A DNA stretch of 64,000 nt from contig JBGURP010000012.1 in the NCBI GenBank assembly GCA_045132055.1, positions 21,202 through 85,201 of the forward strand, given 5' to 3'. How positions within the stretch are numbered: position 1 is the first letter of the stretch; each line of letters begins with the position of its first letter. The DNA comes from Bacteroidales bacterium. Its GTDB lineage: Bacteria > Bacteroidota > Bacteroidia > Bacteroidales > WCHB1-69. The position numbers and the translations under genes are program-made. Shown here piece by piece: positions 29,756-39,641 of this stretch. The notes beneath the pieces are model-generated. The model had not been told where the DNA came from. It was given only the letters and a program-made list of their open reading frames with translations, and did no database searches.

Positions 29756-31360
29756 ATGGAAAAAATCATTATTCTGGATTTCGGTTCTCAAACCACCCAA
29801 CTGATAGGCCGCCGCGTGCGCGAGCTGGACATGTTCTGCGAAATTGTGCCCTACAACAAGTTCCCGCACGATGACAAGGACGTCATCGGCGTCATCCTGA
29901 GCGGCTCTCCATTCAGCGTGTATGACGAGCGTGCCTTCAAGGTCGATTTGACCGGCATTCGCGGACGATTGCCCATTCTCGGCATCTGCTACGGCGCACA
30001 GTTCATGGCATACACCAACGGCGGCAACGTGGAACCCGCCGGCAGCCGCGAATACGGCCGCGCCAATTTGGCCGAGTTCGAGCATGACAATCCCCTGCTG
30101 CAAGGACTTTCCGACAACACACAGGTGTGGATGAGCCACGGCGACACCATCACCAAACTGCCGCAAAAATGCCGCAAAATTGCCTCCACCGACAAGGTGC
30201 AATATGCCGCCTACCAATTTGAGGGAGAACAAGTTTGGGGCGTGCAGTTCCATCCGGAAGTATTCCATACGGTGCAAGGCACCCAGCTGTTGAAGAATTT
30301 CGTGGTCGGCATTTGCGGTGGCCACCAGACCTGGAGTCCCGCCTCCTTTGTGGAAACCACCGTGGCCGAACTGAAAGAGCAGATTGGCAACGACCGCGTC
30401 ATCCTCGGCTTGAGCGGCGGCGTGGATTCCTCCGTGTGCGCCATGCTGTTGCACCGCGCCATCGGCAAGAACCTCACCTGCATATTCGTGGACCACGGCC
30501 TGCTGCGTAAGAACGAGTTCCAGAATGTGATGCGCGACTACGAGGGCCTTGGCCTCAACGTGATTGGCGTGGATGCCAGCGAGAAGTTCTTCAAGGAATT
30601 GGAGGGCGTGACCGAGCCCGAGCGCAAGCGCAAAATCATCGGCGCCGGCTTCATCGACGTGTTCAATGCGGAAGCGCAGAAGATCACGGATGCCAAGTGG
30701 CTGGCTCAGGGCACCATATATCCCGACCGCATCGAGAGTCTGAGCATCACGGGCATGGTCATCAAGAGCCATCACAACGTGGGCGGACTGCCCGAGAAGA
30801 TGCACTTGCAGTTATGTGAGCCGCTGAAGTGGCTGTTCAAGGACGAGGTGCGCCGCGTGGGCCGCCAGTTGGGCATGCCCGAGCATCTCATCACCCGCCA
30901 TCCGTTCCCGGGACCGGGTTTGGCTGTGCGCATTTTAGGCGACATCACCCGCGACAAAGTGCGCGTCCTGCAAGATGCAGACGACATTTTCATCCAAGGC
31001 CTGCGCGACTGGAAAGTGAAATTGAGTGGCGAAGAGGCCCGCAAGGTGCTTGCTGCCGGCGTACCTGCCAACATGACCAACGGAGAAATAGAAGTGTCGC
31101 TGTACGACCAGATTTGGCAGGCGGGCGTCATCCTGTTGCCCATCAAGAGTGTGGGCGTGATGGGCGACGAGCGCACGTACGAGCGTGCGGTGGCCCTGCG
31201 CGCCGTGACCAGCACCGACGCCATGACCGCCGACTGGGCGCACCTGCCCTACGAGTTCATGGCGAAGATTTCCAATGACATCATCAATAAGGTGAAGGGC
31301 GTGAACCGCGTCTGCTACGACATCAGCTCCAAGCCGCCCGCGACCATAGAGTGGGAATAA
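29756..31360 (+). CDS. guaA: GMP synthase (glutamine-hydrolysing)
   Basis: [42 protein letters not shown]. Confidence 0.98.
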   Translation: MEKIIILDFGSQTTQLIGRRVRELDMFCEIVPYNKFPHDDKDVIGVILSGSPFSVYDERAFKVDLTGIRGRLPILGICYGAQFMAYTNGGNVEPAGSREYGRANLAEFEHDNPLLQGLSDNTQVWMSHGDTITKLPQKCRKIASTDKVQYAAYQFEGEQVWGVQFHPEVFHTVQGTQLLKNFVVGICGGHQTWSPASFVETTVAELKEQIGNDRVILGLSGGVDSSVCAMLLHRAIGKNLTCIFVDHGLLRKNEFQNVMRDYEGLGLNVIGVDASEKFFKELEGVTEPERKRKIIGAGFIDVFNAEAQKITDAKWLAQGTIYPDRIESLSITGMVIKSHHNVGGLPEKMHLQLCEPLKWLFKDEVRRVGRQLGMPEHLITRHPFPGPGLAVRILGDITRDKVRVLQDADDIFIQGLRDWKVKLSGEEARKVLAAGVPANMTNGEIEVSLYDQIWQAGVILLPIKSVGVMGDERTYERAVALRAVTSTDAMTADWAHLPYEFMAKISNDIINKVKGVNRVCYDISSKPPATIEWE

Positions 31361-31365
31361 TAACG
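31346..31365 (+). repeat. attL-like copy (3' end of guaA)
   Basis: atagagtgggaataataacg. Confidence 0.75.
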
Positions 31366-31429
31366 CTGCACTCCCATTGACAGGGCTCCCCGAGTGGAAA
31401 GCTCCGAAACATATAAATAACAAGGACTT

Positions 31430-31478
31430 AGAGCTACACATTGCTGCTGTTGCACAATCCGTGTGGCTCTGTTTTTTT
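31430..31478 (+). terminator. Hairpin with U-tract downstream of guaA/attL
   Basis: agagctacac ... gtgtggctct gttttttt; long loop, so not a canonical terminator. Confidence 0.4.
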
Positions 31479-31581
31479 GGTTGAGAAGGAACATTTTCCT
31501 GCTGTGAGGGATAAAAATGTTGGGAAAATTATGTATTTTCGCGCATGGCATAATGACTTGCTATTTGAAACATGTATTATT

Positions 31582-34500
31582 ATGATTGGTTCAGTTTTCA
31601 CAAAAAAAACAATATGGAGTTTCTTTGCGCTGTTGATGTTCAGTTTGCACTGTCTTGCGCAGAATACGGTTACATTAGTATTTACGGGGGAAGATCAGCA
31701 GGGAGCCTATGTCAAAATGAACGGCATAACCATACAAAATCTAAGTCGTGATTGGCAGGAGACCTTATTGTTTCCGGACACTATATACACTTTGAATATC
31801 GGCACGGGAATTGAGGATGTTAATCAGGCAACCGAAATGAAGGTAATGCCCAATCCTTTTGAAGGACATACACGAGTAAATATCTTTTCCGCCAAGGATG
31901 AAGAGGCTAAAATGCAGATAGTGGATATGACTGGGAGAAGGCACGCCCAATACACGGGCAGAATCACATCGGGGGACAATTATTTTGACATCTCACTATC
32001 CACCCCGCAAACCTATGTGTTATCAATACAGACTCGAAGTGGCATCCGTAGCTTGAAAATGGTAAACGTCGGACACGGTGGGGCTGACAGGATTAGTTAT
32101 GCAGGTAACAATCCCGAAACCGTCAAGGTAAACATCAAGGGTTCATCTTCACACGCTTTTGAGTTGGGTGATGAAATGCGATATACCGGATTCGCTCATA
32201 TATACGGACACCTTCGCCAAAGCGCGCCTGTCCAACAGATGCAATTTACCAGTGAAGAGATTATCCTTGCGTTTGAAGGATACCCAATTGAGGTTACTAC
32301 GGATTCTGTAATGTTTCCTGATGAAACCACTTTTCATTGTTTTGGTACCGTGAATACATACGGTTCAGGGGCTGTTCAAACAGGTTTTTGTTGGGGCAGC
32401 GAGCCGAATCCTTCTTTTCATGACAATCACATCTCAAGTGGCATGGCAGAAGGTATATTCTCTGGTGTTCTGACAGATATGGATGCAGACGCCACCTATT
32501 ATATTAGAGCCTACGCCATAAATGGAATAGACACAGCGTATGGTGAAAATATAACTTGTGCAGCTGATATTTCCGTTACGAAAACAGAGACCGTTTCCAT
32601 TCCGGATAATGTTGATTGCGGTAACGGGTGCGCTATGGTATCTTCTGTTGAAGTCTCAGGTTTCACCCCTACAGCCCCCATCCATAACGCCGAAGATATT
32701 TTATTTTTGCGAGTCAAGCTGGAGCATTCTTTTATCGGTGACCTTTATATTGCGCTGACTTGTCCTAATGGGCAAAGTGTCAAGATTATGAATAAATACA
32801 CAACTACCGGAACCTCCGGATGCGCAAGTCAAATTCCAACCCCTTGGGGGTGGCAATTGACATCAAATGTGTCGATTGGTGCAGAATTCGGGGCGGCTAT
32901 CAGTAGTTATCATGGATGCGACCCTGCTGACAGCTTGAATCAAATGGGAGCCCCATGGAACTATTGCTGGTCAAACAACACCACCAAGGGCTATCAATAC
33001 GCCAATGGACAAGGCTATGTATATGAAAACGCAAATATCACCAATGACAGGGTGGATTCAACTAATACGATCAACATGACTCAAGTGTATCATCCAGACC
33101 AACCCTTCTCCCAACTTATCGGTTGTCCGATAAATGGCATTTGGTCCATTACAATCATTGACGGTTTGAATGGTGACAACGGCTGGTTGACCGAATGGGA
33201 ATTGGCTTTCCGTGGTAGAAACAATTCTGTTTCTGTTGAAGATGACCCCTATCTTACAAATCCGTGCCAGAATGTCACAACAGTGCCAGACTATGACGGA
33301 AACGTCTATCACACAGTGGCCATAGGAAACCAGTGCTGGTTGAGAGAGAATATGCGTACCACCCATTACACGAATGGCGAAATGATACCTTTGGGTGAAG
33401 GAACAAGTGTGTCAATGGCCTGTTACTTTCTGCCACAAAACATTGAAGACACCCTCGCGGGATTTTTGTATAATTGGACAGCCGTCATGGACAGTGTGGG
33501 GCTTGACGCCACATCCACAAACCACGTCCAAGGAGTTTGCCCTTACGGCTGGCATGTGCCTGTTGATGCCGAGTGGTCCAAATTGACGGAATATCTAAGT
33601 CTCAGGAGTGAATACACTTGTGGCGATAACACGAGTAGTATTGCCAAATCTATGGCCACTAAGACAGGTTGGAACATTTCCGATAACATTTGTGCTGTTG
33701 GCCATGATATGTCTTCCAACAACTTCACCTCCTTTTCCGCTTTTCCTGCAGGCAAGGCAAACGGAATCCCTTATGATTATGGCCAAAGTGCCAATTTCTG
33801 GACAGCCACAGCGTATAATAGTGACTTTGCCTATTATCGCAGTCTGAATTACGACAACAGTTTTGTGGAAAGGAACTGCTATGGCAACAAATTCAATGGT
33901 ATGTCTGTACGGTGTGTCCGCAATGAGGGTGTTCCCGTGTTCTTGCCAAGTATCTCAACCCTTCCTGTTTCAGACATCACGGAGTATTCAGCGTTTTGTG
34001 GTGGACAAATCAGTTCCACCGGTGGTGCCACCATAACGGAACGAGGTGTATGCTGGAGCACTTCTCCCAATCCCACAGTTAACGACAATCACATTACGGA
34101 TAATAGCGGATTGAACACGTTCACCTGTAGTTTGGATAGTTTGGCTTACAGCACCACCTATTATATTCGGGCTTACGCCATCAACGCTGCCGGTACTGCC
34201 TACGGGGAGCAAAGCTCTTTTACCACTCTTGCGCCCAGTATATCAGTAAGCACCACCTCTGTGAGTGATATCACATGCTTTTCAGCCAACTGCGGAGGAA
34301 ACGTAACAGCTGGCAACCCCTTTGCCGTCAGTTCCCGTGGCGTTTGCTGGAGTACCTCGGCCAATCCCACCCTTGCAGACAGTCATACTATCGATGGCAG
34401 CGGCATGGGCGGTTTCGCCAGTAGTATTACAGGTTTGCGGCCTAACACCACTTATCATGTGCGAGCCTACGCTATCTATTACAACGCAGATACTGTATAT

Positions 34501-36678
34501 GGAGAACAGCTGAACTTCGTCACCCCTACTGATCTGCCTATGGTGACGACTTCAACCTTAAGCGATATTTTATACACCACCGCTACTTGTGGCGGGGAAG
34601 TGACATACGAGGGCTGTACCCCAGTAACTGACCGAGGTGTTTGCTGGAGTATTTCCCCCAACCCCACAACCAATGACAGCCATACCGTTGACGGCAGCGG
34701 CATGGGCAGCTTCACCAGCTCTATCACGGGTTTACAACCGGACACCCGATATTATATTCGTGCCTACGCCACCAATAGCGCCGGTACGGTTTATGGTACA
34801 CAACGGTTCTTCAACACCTTGGTGCCCATACCTGAAGTGAGCACCAATCCCGTCAGTGACATCTCTTACACCACGGCCACCTGCGGCGGTAATGTGACCA
34901 GCGAGGGCATGACACCTGTGACAGCCAGAGGGGTATGTTGGAGTACTTCAACAAATCCTACGATAAACGACAGCTTGACCGTTGACAGCAGCGGGGCGGG
35001 CAGTTTCACCAGCCTTATCACAGGATTACAACCCAACACCCATTACTATGTGCGGGCATACGCCACCAATAACTCAGGCACGGTATATGGTACACAACGA
35101 AGCTTTTCAACCCTAGTAGGAACACCCGTAGTAAGCACAAACATCATCAGTAACATAACAGATTCTTCTGCCGTCTGCGGCGGAGATGTGACCAATGAAG
35201 CCGCTTATGCGGTGACCGCTCGTGGTATATGTTGGAGTACGTCAACAAATCCCACGATAAATGATAGCTTTACCATTGACAGCAGCGGAATGGGCAGTTT
35301 CACCAGCTTTATAACAGGACTGCAACCCAACACCCGTTACTATGTGCGAGCATACGCCACCAACAGTTCGGGAACAGCGTATGGTGTGCGGCGAAGTCTC
35401 ATTACTACCGCTAAAACACCATCCGTAACCACGTCTGCCGTAAGCAACATTACCTGTATTGCAGCAGACTGCGGAGGAACTGTATCTTCAGATGGGATCT
35501 CCGGAGTGACAGCCAAAGGCGTATGTTGGAGTACCTCTACGAATCCCACCATCACAGACAGTCTTACAATTGATGGCAACGATGTAGGCAGTTTCACCAG
35601 CCATATCACAGGCTTGCAACCTAGCACGCATTATTATGTACGGGCATACGCCACCAATAATGCAGGCACAGTATATGGTACACGACGTCAGTTCACCACA
35701 CCGGCCGCCACGCCGACAATCACAACAACTGGAGTGAATAGAATTTCCTTCACATCGGTCACTTGCGACGGCACCGTGAGTTACGAGGGCATAGCAGCAG
35801 TAACTGCTCGCGGGGTATGCTGGAGTACCTCTCCCAACCCTACTGTTAATGACAATCATACTGTTGACAGCAGCGGAGTGGGCAGTTTCACCAGCCTTAT
35901 TACTGGCTTACAGCCTATTGTCCATTACTATGTGCGGGCATACGCGACTAACAGTGCAGGTACAGCGTATGGCAATGAGATAGAATTTACCACCTCTGAT
36001 GGATATTCATGTCCAGATGCATCTACTCTCACCGACATAGATGGGAATATATACAACACGATTCAGCTTGGTAACCAGTGTTGGATGCGAGAGAATCTGC
36101 GTACCACACGTTACGCCAACGGCACGGAAATACCATTATCCAATTATGCTGCAAGCTATGCATATCGATGTTATCCAAATGGTAGTGAAAGCAATGTGTC
36201 CACATACGGCTATCTTTATAATTGGCAGGCCGTGATGGGTGGCTCACCCTCCAGTACTAGCAATCCGAGTGGTGTGCAAGGCATCTGCCCCAATGGATGG
36301 CATGTGCCAAGCGATGCGGAATGGACACAACTGACGGATTATGTTAGCTGCCAAAGCCAGTATCTTTGCAATGGTGATTCAAACTATATAGGCAAGGCAT
36401 TGGCGGATAATGCCTTGAGCTGGAGTTATGACACTACTACTTGCGCGGTTGGCAATATGCCAAGTAATAACAACGCCACTAATTTCTCCGCACTTCCCGC
36501 AGGGGATATCGTTTCCGGGGGCTATTTTGGTTTTCTCACCTTCGCTGTCTTTTGGACTGCCACCCAATATAATAACAGCCGCGCATACGACCGAGATATT
36601 GCCTGGTATGTTGCCACGGTGCGCAGACAAAACTTCGAAAAAGTAAGAGGTCATTCCGTCCGTTGTCTTCGCAATTAA
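31582..36678 (+). CDS. ~1698-aa surface protein: signal peptide, T9SS-CTD-like domain, FN3-like unit, proprotein-convertase P-like domain, FISUMP, 7 FN3-like repeats, C-terminal FISUMP
   Basis: Start re-called to ATG 31582 (MIGSVF...HCLAQ). Motifs: PNPF..IVDMTG..YVLSI..KMV; LEHSFIGDLYIALTCPNG..DNGWLTEWEL; D.DGN.Y.T..IG.QCW.REN.RT, LYNW.A, G.CP.GWHVP, FWTAT, SVRC (x2); RGVCWSTS.NPT / YY.RAYA.N repeats. Confidence 0.9.
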   Translation: MIGSVFTKKTIWSFFALLMFSLHCLAQNTVTLVFTGEDQQGAYVKMNGITIQNLSRDWQETLLFPDTIYTLNIGTGIEDVNQATEMKVMPNPFEGHTRVNIFSAKDEEAKMQIVDMTGRRHAQYTGRITSGDNYFDISLSTPQTYVLSIQTRSGIRSLKMVNVGHGGADRISYAGNNPETVKVNIKGSSSHAFELGDEMRYTGFAHIYGHLRQSAPVQQMQFTSEEIILAFEGYPIEVTTDSVMFPDETTFHCFGTVNTYGSGAVQTGFCWGSEPNPSFHDNHISSGMAEGIFSGVLTDMDADATYYIRAYAINGIDTAYGENITCAADISVTKTETVSIPDNVDCGNGCAMVSSVEVSGFTPTAPIHNAEDILFLRVKLEHSFIGDLYIALTCPNGQSVKIMNKYTTTGTSGCASQIPTPWGWQLTSNVSIGAEFGAAISSYHGCDPADSLNQMGAPWNYCWSNNTTKGYQYANGQGYVYENANITNDRVDSTNTINMTQVYHPDQPFSQLIGCPINGIWSITIIDGLNGDNGWLTEWELAFRGRNNSVSVEDDPYLTNPCQNVTTVPDYDGNVYHTVAIGNQCWLRENMRTTHYTNGEMIPLGEGTSVSMACYFLPQNIEDTLAGFLYNWTAVMDSVGLDATSTNHVQGVCPYGWHVPVDAEWSKLTEYLSLRSEYTCGDNTSSIAKSMATKTGWNISDNICAVGHDMSSNNFTSFSAFPAGKANGIPYDYGQSANFWTATAYNSDFAYYRSLNYDNSFVERNCYGNKFNGMSVRCVRNEGVPVFLPSISTLPVSDITEYSAFCGGQISSTGGATITERGVCWSTSPNPTVNDNHITDNSGLNTFTCSLDSLAYSTTYYIRAYAINAAGTAYGEQSSFTTLAPSISVSTTSVSDITCFSANCGGNVTAGNPFAVSSRGVCWSTSANPTLADSHTIDGSGMGGFASSITGLRPNTTYHVRAYAIYYNADTVYGEQLNFVTPTDLPMVTTSTLSDILYTTATCGGEVTYEGCTPVTDRGVCWSISPNPTTNDSHTVDGSGMGSFTSSITGLQPDTRYYIRAYATNSAGTVYGTQRFFNTLVPIPEVSTNPVSDISYTTATCGGNVTSEGMTPVTARGVCWSTSTNPTINDSLTVDSSGAGSFTSLITGLQPNTHYYVRAYATNNSGTVYGTQRSFSTLVGTPVVSTNIISNITDSSAVCGGDVTNEAAYAVTARGICWSTSTNPTINDSFTIDSSGMGSFTSFITGLQPNTRYYVRAYATNSSGTAYGVRRSLITTAKTPSVTTSAVSNITCIAADCGGTVSSDGISGVTAKGVCWSTSTNPTITDSLTIDGNDVGSFTSHITGLQPSTHYYVRAYATNNAGTVYGTRRQFTTPAATPTITTTGVNRISFTSVTCDGTVSYEGIAAVTARGVCWSTSPNPTVNDNHTVDSSGVGSFTSLITGLQPIVHYYVRAYATNSAGTAYGNEIEFTTSDGYSCPDASTLTDIDGNIYNTIQLGNQCWMRENLRTTRYANGTEIPLSNYAASYAYRCYPNGSESNVSTYGYLYNWQAVMGGSPSSTSNPSGVQGICPNGWHVPSDAEWTQLTDYVSCQSQYLCNGDSNYIGKALADNALSWSYDTTTCAVGNMPSNNNATNFSALPAGDIVSGGYFGFLTFAVFWTATQYNNSRAYDRDIAWYVATVRRQNFEKVRGHSVRCLRN
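33946..35993 (+). repeat. Seven ~294-bp intragenic FN3-like repeats
   Basis: Units start near 33946, 34234, 34537, 34831, 35125, 35419 and 35713; the tg(t/c)tggag(t/c)a(c/t) and tacgc cores recur. Confidence 0.9.
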
Positions 36679-36702
36679 AAGTCATCAACCAAACATTATC
36701 GT

Positions 36703-39480
36703 ATGAAAAACATTTCTCTTTTCCTACTGGCAGTATTATTCACGGCTTTTGGTGCAGTTGCGCAAAATCTGCAGGTCACCCAGATTGCCGGCGCCTCCGC
36801 TTTGGTTACATGGGATAACGACCCTACCGGCACTGTCAGTTTCTATTCCTTGGAATATGCCGAAGTAGGTCAAAACAATGGCATTTTTGTATCGAATATC
36901 ACGGACGCATCCTATATGCTCAGTCCACTTGAGCCGCTCACCTATTATGTGGTACGTCTCCAAGCCAATTACAATGACAACAGCGTAAGCGGATGGAGTA
37001 CAATATCCTTTATTACAGGATGTTTGGCGGGTGGTGAAAACGCCGTCGGGGATGGTACTTCCACCAGTAGCAACCTTCCTTCAAACAGTACCTATGATTA
37101 TGGGTATTCCCAGCAGCTATTCACGGCAGCGGAAATAGGTGGTGCCGGCAACATCTATTCCATATCATTTGAAATGACCAATTTGGAAGGTCAAAGACGC
37201 TATAAGATTTACCTGATGCACACTACAGCACTCACACTCTCCTCCTGGCTGCCTGCCAACAATGCACAACTGGTATTCGACAGTGAACAAGTCCTGGTGG
37301 AAGGGTGGAATACCTTTCGTTTTTCCACTCCTTTTGCTTACAATGGAACGGACAATCTTGTATTAATTATTGTGGATATAACCGGTGATAATACACCTTT
37401 CTATTCCTATAATGAATGGATGGTTCACAATACAACCCAATATTGTTCACACTATGCCTATAGCCAAAACACCCCATACGATATCAGCAGTATTCCTTCT
37501 TCAGGTACTCAGTCGCTTTTCCGCAACAATGTTATCTTTGGAGGCATTTGTGACACTACGGTAACCTGCATCGTGCCGAACATCTTTATTGACCATATCA
37601 CTCAAACCACCGCCGATGTGAGATGGGCTCCAGGTTATGACGAAAGCGCATGGGAATTGGAATATGCCCTGTATGACGATTCCGTATGGACATCCGTTAC
37701 CAATCTTACAGGCGATGTGTTTACCCTTAATCAACTGACTCCTTACACCCACTATAAGGTAAGAATGCGTGCCGTGTGCGCTCCCGGTCAAGTAAGCGAA
37801 TGGGTTATGACCGATTTCACCACCGAATGTGCTAAGCTTTCCGTTCCATACTTCGAGGACTTCAATTCAATTAACGCCAGCCACATAAGCGGATTGTTTC
37901 CGGGGTGTTGGACCAGATATGATTGCTTCAGCACTTTTCATCCTTTTGCTGGCATCCTTAACCACGGTGGAGCCGAAGGTTGTTCTCTGAACTTCTATTC
38001 TACCTCTAGCACATTTAACATGGCGGTTATGCCTGAAGCAGAAATTGAGGTGAGTCTTTTGGAAGTCTCTTTCTATTTGAGAGTTGACGAACTTATCAAT
38101 GGAATGGTTGTAGGTGTGATGACGGAGGCTGATGGTTTTGATGGTTTCATCCCCGTTGACACTGTTTTTTGCACAGAGACGAATACCTTTCAACACCAAG
38201 TGGTTGACCTGGACACCTATCTGGGAACCGGCAAATACATTGCATTTAAAAACTGTAACAACACTTCTGGACAACTCTATCTTGATGATGTTAATGTGAT
38301 GCTGATTCCAAGTTGCCGATATCCAAATCATATTGTTGTCACAGACATTTACAAAGACTCTGCTGTAATTGCCTGGACAGAAAGAGGTTCTGCTACCGAA
38401 TGGATATTGGAATACGGGCCATCCGGCTTTACCCCAGGTTCGGGCACTACCATACAAACCACACAGAATCCATATACTCTGACGGGACTCTATGCAGAAA
38501 CTGGATATGACGTTTACATGCGTTCCGACTGCAGCGAAGGAGATATGAGTGACTGGTACCCAGATCATGCGTCATTCACCACACGCAGTTGCTCACCTGC
38601 CCATCAATGCGAATATTATTTCGTATGTGTTGACCGTTATGGTGATAGTTGGAACGGTGCATACGTCAGCATACAGCAAAACGAGTTGCCAATAGCCATT
38701 GTGAGAAGCACTACGTATGTGACAAGTGAACCTTCCACCATGATTGATACTATCGGTGTAATGCTATGCGATAATGTCAACACGACAATCATTTGGCATG
38801 CTGGAACATACGACAATGAAGCCAGTTTGATGGTGTTGACCCCTGCAGGAGATACGCTTTATACTCACACAAATATGTCAACGGTTGGTTCCGATACTTT
38901 GTTGAACTTCATCGCGAACTGCGACGGTTTTATATCTCCTGTTTGTGACATGCCTTTATACGTCACTGTTGATTCTGTTGGCGGGAACAGTGCGGATATC
39001 AGTTGGACAGCCGGTTACGTTGAGACCGAATGGAATTTGCAGTATAAGGAAGCAGTCGCCACTTCTTGGAGCGAAAGTATTCCTTTAACGAGTGCCCACT
39101 ACCAAATCCCATACTTGATGGCAGAAACCGAATATCAGGTGCGTGTCCAGGCAAACTGCATTGACACTCTCAGCGACTGGACAAATCCTGTCAGCTTCAT
39201 CACCCAAAGTGGTGGTGTTGACAGTGTGGGTGTTGACCATCTCCTTTTGGCTCAAAGCATTTGTCTGAGGCCAAATCCTGCTGACAAATTCATCGAGTTA
39301 ATCGTCAATAGCCATATTGAAGTGAAGGAAGCCTTGGTTTTCAATGCTTTCGGGCAACTAATCCAAACTGTCCAGCTGATTGACAACCACGCTCGTATTG
39401 ACCTTAGCAGGATGGCAGCAGGCATGTACTTCGTACGCATCAGCAACACAGGTGCCACTAAGAAGTTCATTAAACGATAG
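36703..39480 (+). CDS. T9SS type-A cargo with multiple fibronectin type III and adhesin-like beta-sandwich domains
   Basis: Signal peptide, FN3 motifs (W..LEY, L.P.T.Y.VR), PYFEDF..YIAF..YLDDV module, C-terminal PNPA...GMYFVRI..KKFIKR. Confidence 0.88.
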   Translation: MKNISLFLLAVLFTAFGAVAQNLQVTQIAGASALVTWDNDPTGTVSFYSLEYAEVGQNNGIFVSNITDASYMLSPLEPLTYYVVRLQANYNDNSVSGWSTISFITGCLAGGENAVGDGTSTSSNLPSNSTYDYGYSQQLFTAAEIGGAGNIYSISFEMTNLEGQRRYKIYLMHTTALTLSSWLPANNAQLVFDSEQVLVEGWNTFRFSTPFAYNGTDNLVLIIVDITGDNTPFYSYNEWMVHNTTQYCSHYAYSQNTPYDISSIPSSGTQSLFRNNVIFGGICDTTVTCIVPNIFIDHITQTTADVRWAPGYDESAWELEYALYDDSVWTSVTNLTGDVFTLNQLTPYTHYKVRMRAVCAPGQVSEWVMTDFTTECAKLSVPYFEDFNSINASHISGLFPGCWTRYDCFSTFHPFAGILNHGGAEGCSLNFYSTSSTFNMAVMPEAEIEVSLLEVSFYLRVDELINGMVVGVMTEADGFDGFIPVDTVFCTETNTFQHQVVDLDTYLGTGKYIAFKNCNNTSGQLYLDDVNVMLIPSCRYPNHIVVTDIYKDSAVIAWTERGSATEWILEYGPSGFTPGSGTTIQTTQNPYTLTGLYAETGYDVYMRSDCSEGDMSDWYPDHASFTTRSCSPAHQCEYYFVCVDRYGDSWNGAYVSIQQNELPIAIVRSTTYVTSEPSTMIDTIGVMLCDNVNTTIIWHAGTYDNEASLMVLTPAGDTLYTHTNMSTVGSDTLLNFIANCDGFISPVCDMPLYVTVDSVGGNSADISWTAGYVETEWNLQYKEAVATSWSESIPLTSAHYQIPYLMAETEYQVRVQANCIDTLSDWTNPVSFITQSGGVDSVGVDHLLLAQSICLRPNPADKFIELIVNSHIEVKEALVFNAFGQLIQTVQLIDNHARIDLSRMAAGMYFVRISNTGATKKFIKR

Positions 39481-39580
39481 CTTTTCATGCTGCTGCAGAT
39501 GTGAAAAAATGGCACGAAAACTTGTCACTCAAGCAGATAGCAACAGCTTTAAGTCAATGAACCACAATGGAATTAGTATA

Positions 39581-39600
39581 ATTGAGTGGGAGTAATAACG
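39581..39600 (+). repeat. attR-like displaced copy of the guaA 3' end
   Basis: attgagtgggagtaataacg. Confidence 0.75.
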
Positions 39601-39641
39601 GGGAAATCTTCGCTATGAGAATCCCTACAATTTATGAATTA

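Larger units (their letters stand above)
31346..39600. mobile_element. guaA-anchored genomic island without integrase
   Basis: Direct repeat atagagtgggaataataacg (31346-31365) / attgagtgggagtaataacg (39581-39600), 18/20 identical, both reading IEWE*; interior codon usage visibly more AT-rich than guaA. Confidence 0.75.

Noticed and set aside
31441..31581. Upstream TTG extension of the 1745-aa ORF; likewise extensions at 28630, 43602, 45354, 48976, 56639, 57843, 61212 and 61288
   Set aside because: They overlap promoters or neighbouring genes; downstream ATGs give proper signal peptides or family N-termini.
33946..35993. Regularly spaced repeats as a CRISPR array
   Set aside because: 294-bp in-frame protein repeats with no unique spacers and no cas genes.
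39380..39595. 71-aa ORF ending IEWE as a guaA paralogue
   Set aside because: Only the last four codons match; this is the att duplication, not a gene.
31361..39600. Complete DGR or autonomous integrative element
   Set aside because: No reverse transcriptase, template repeat, integrase or relaxase seen. The two FISUMP ends differ at many non-adenine positions, so neither is the template of the other.
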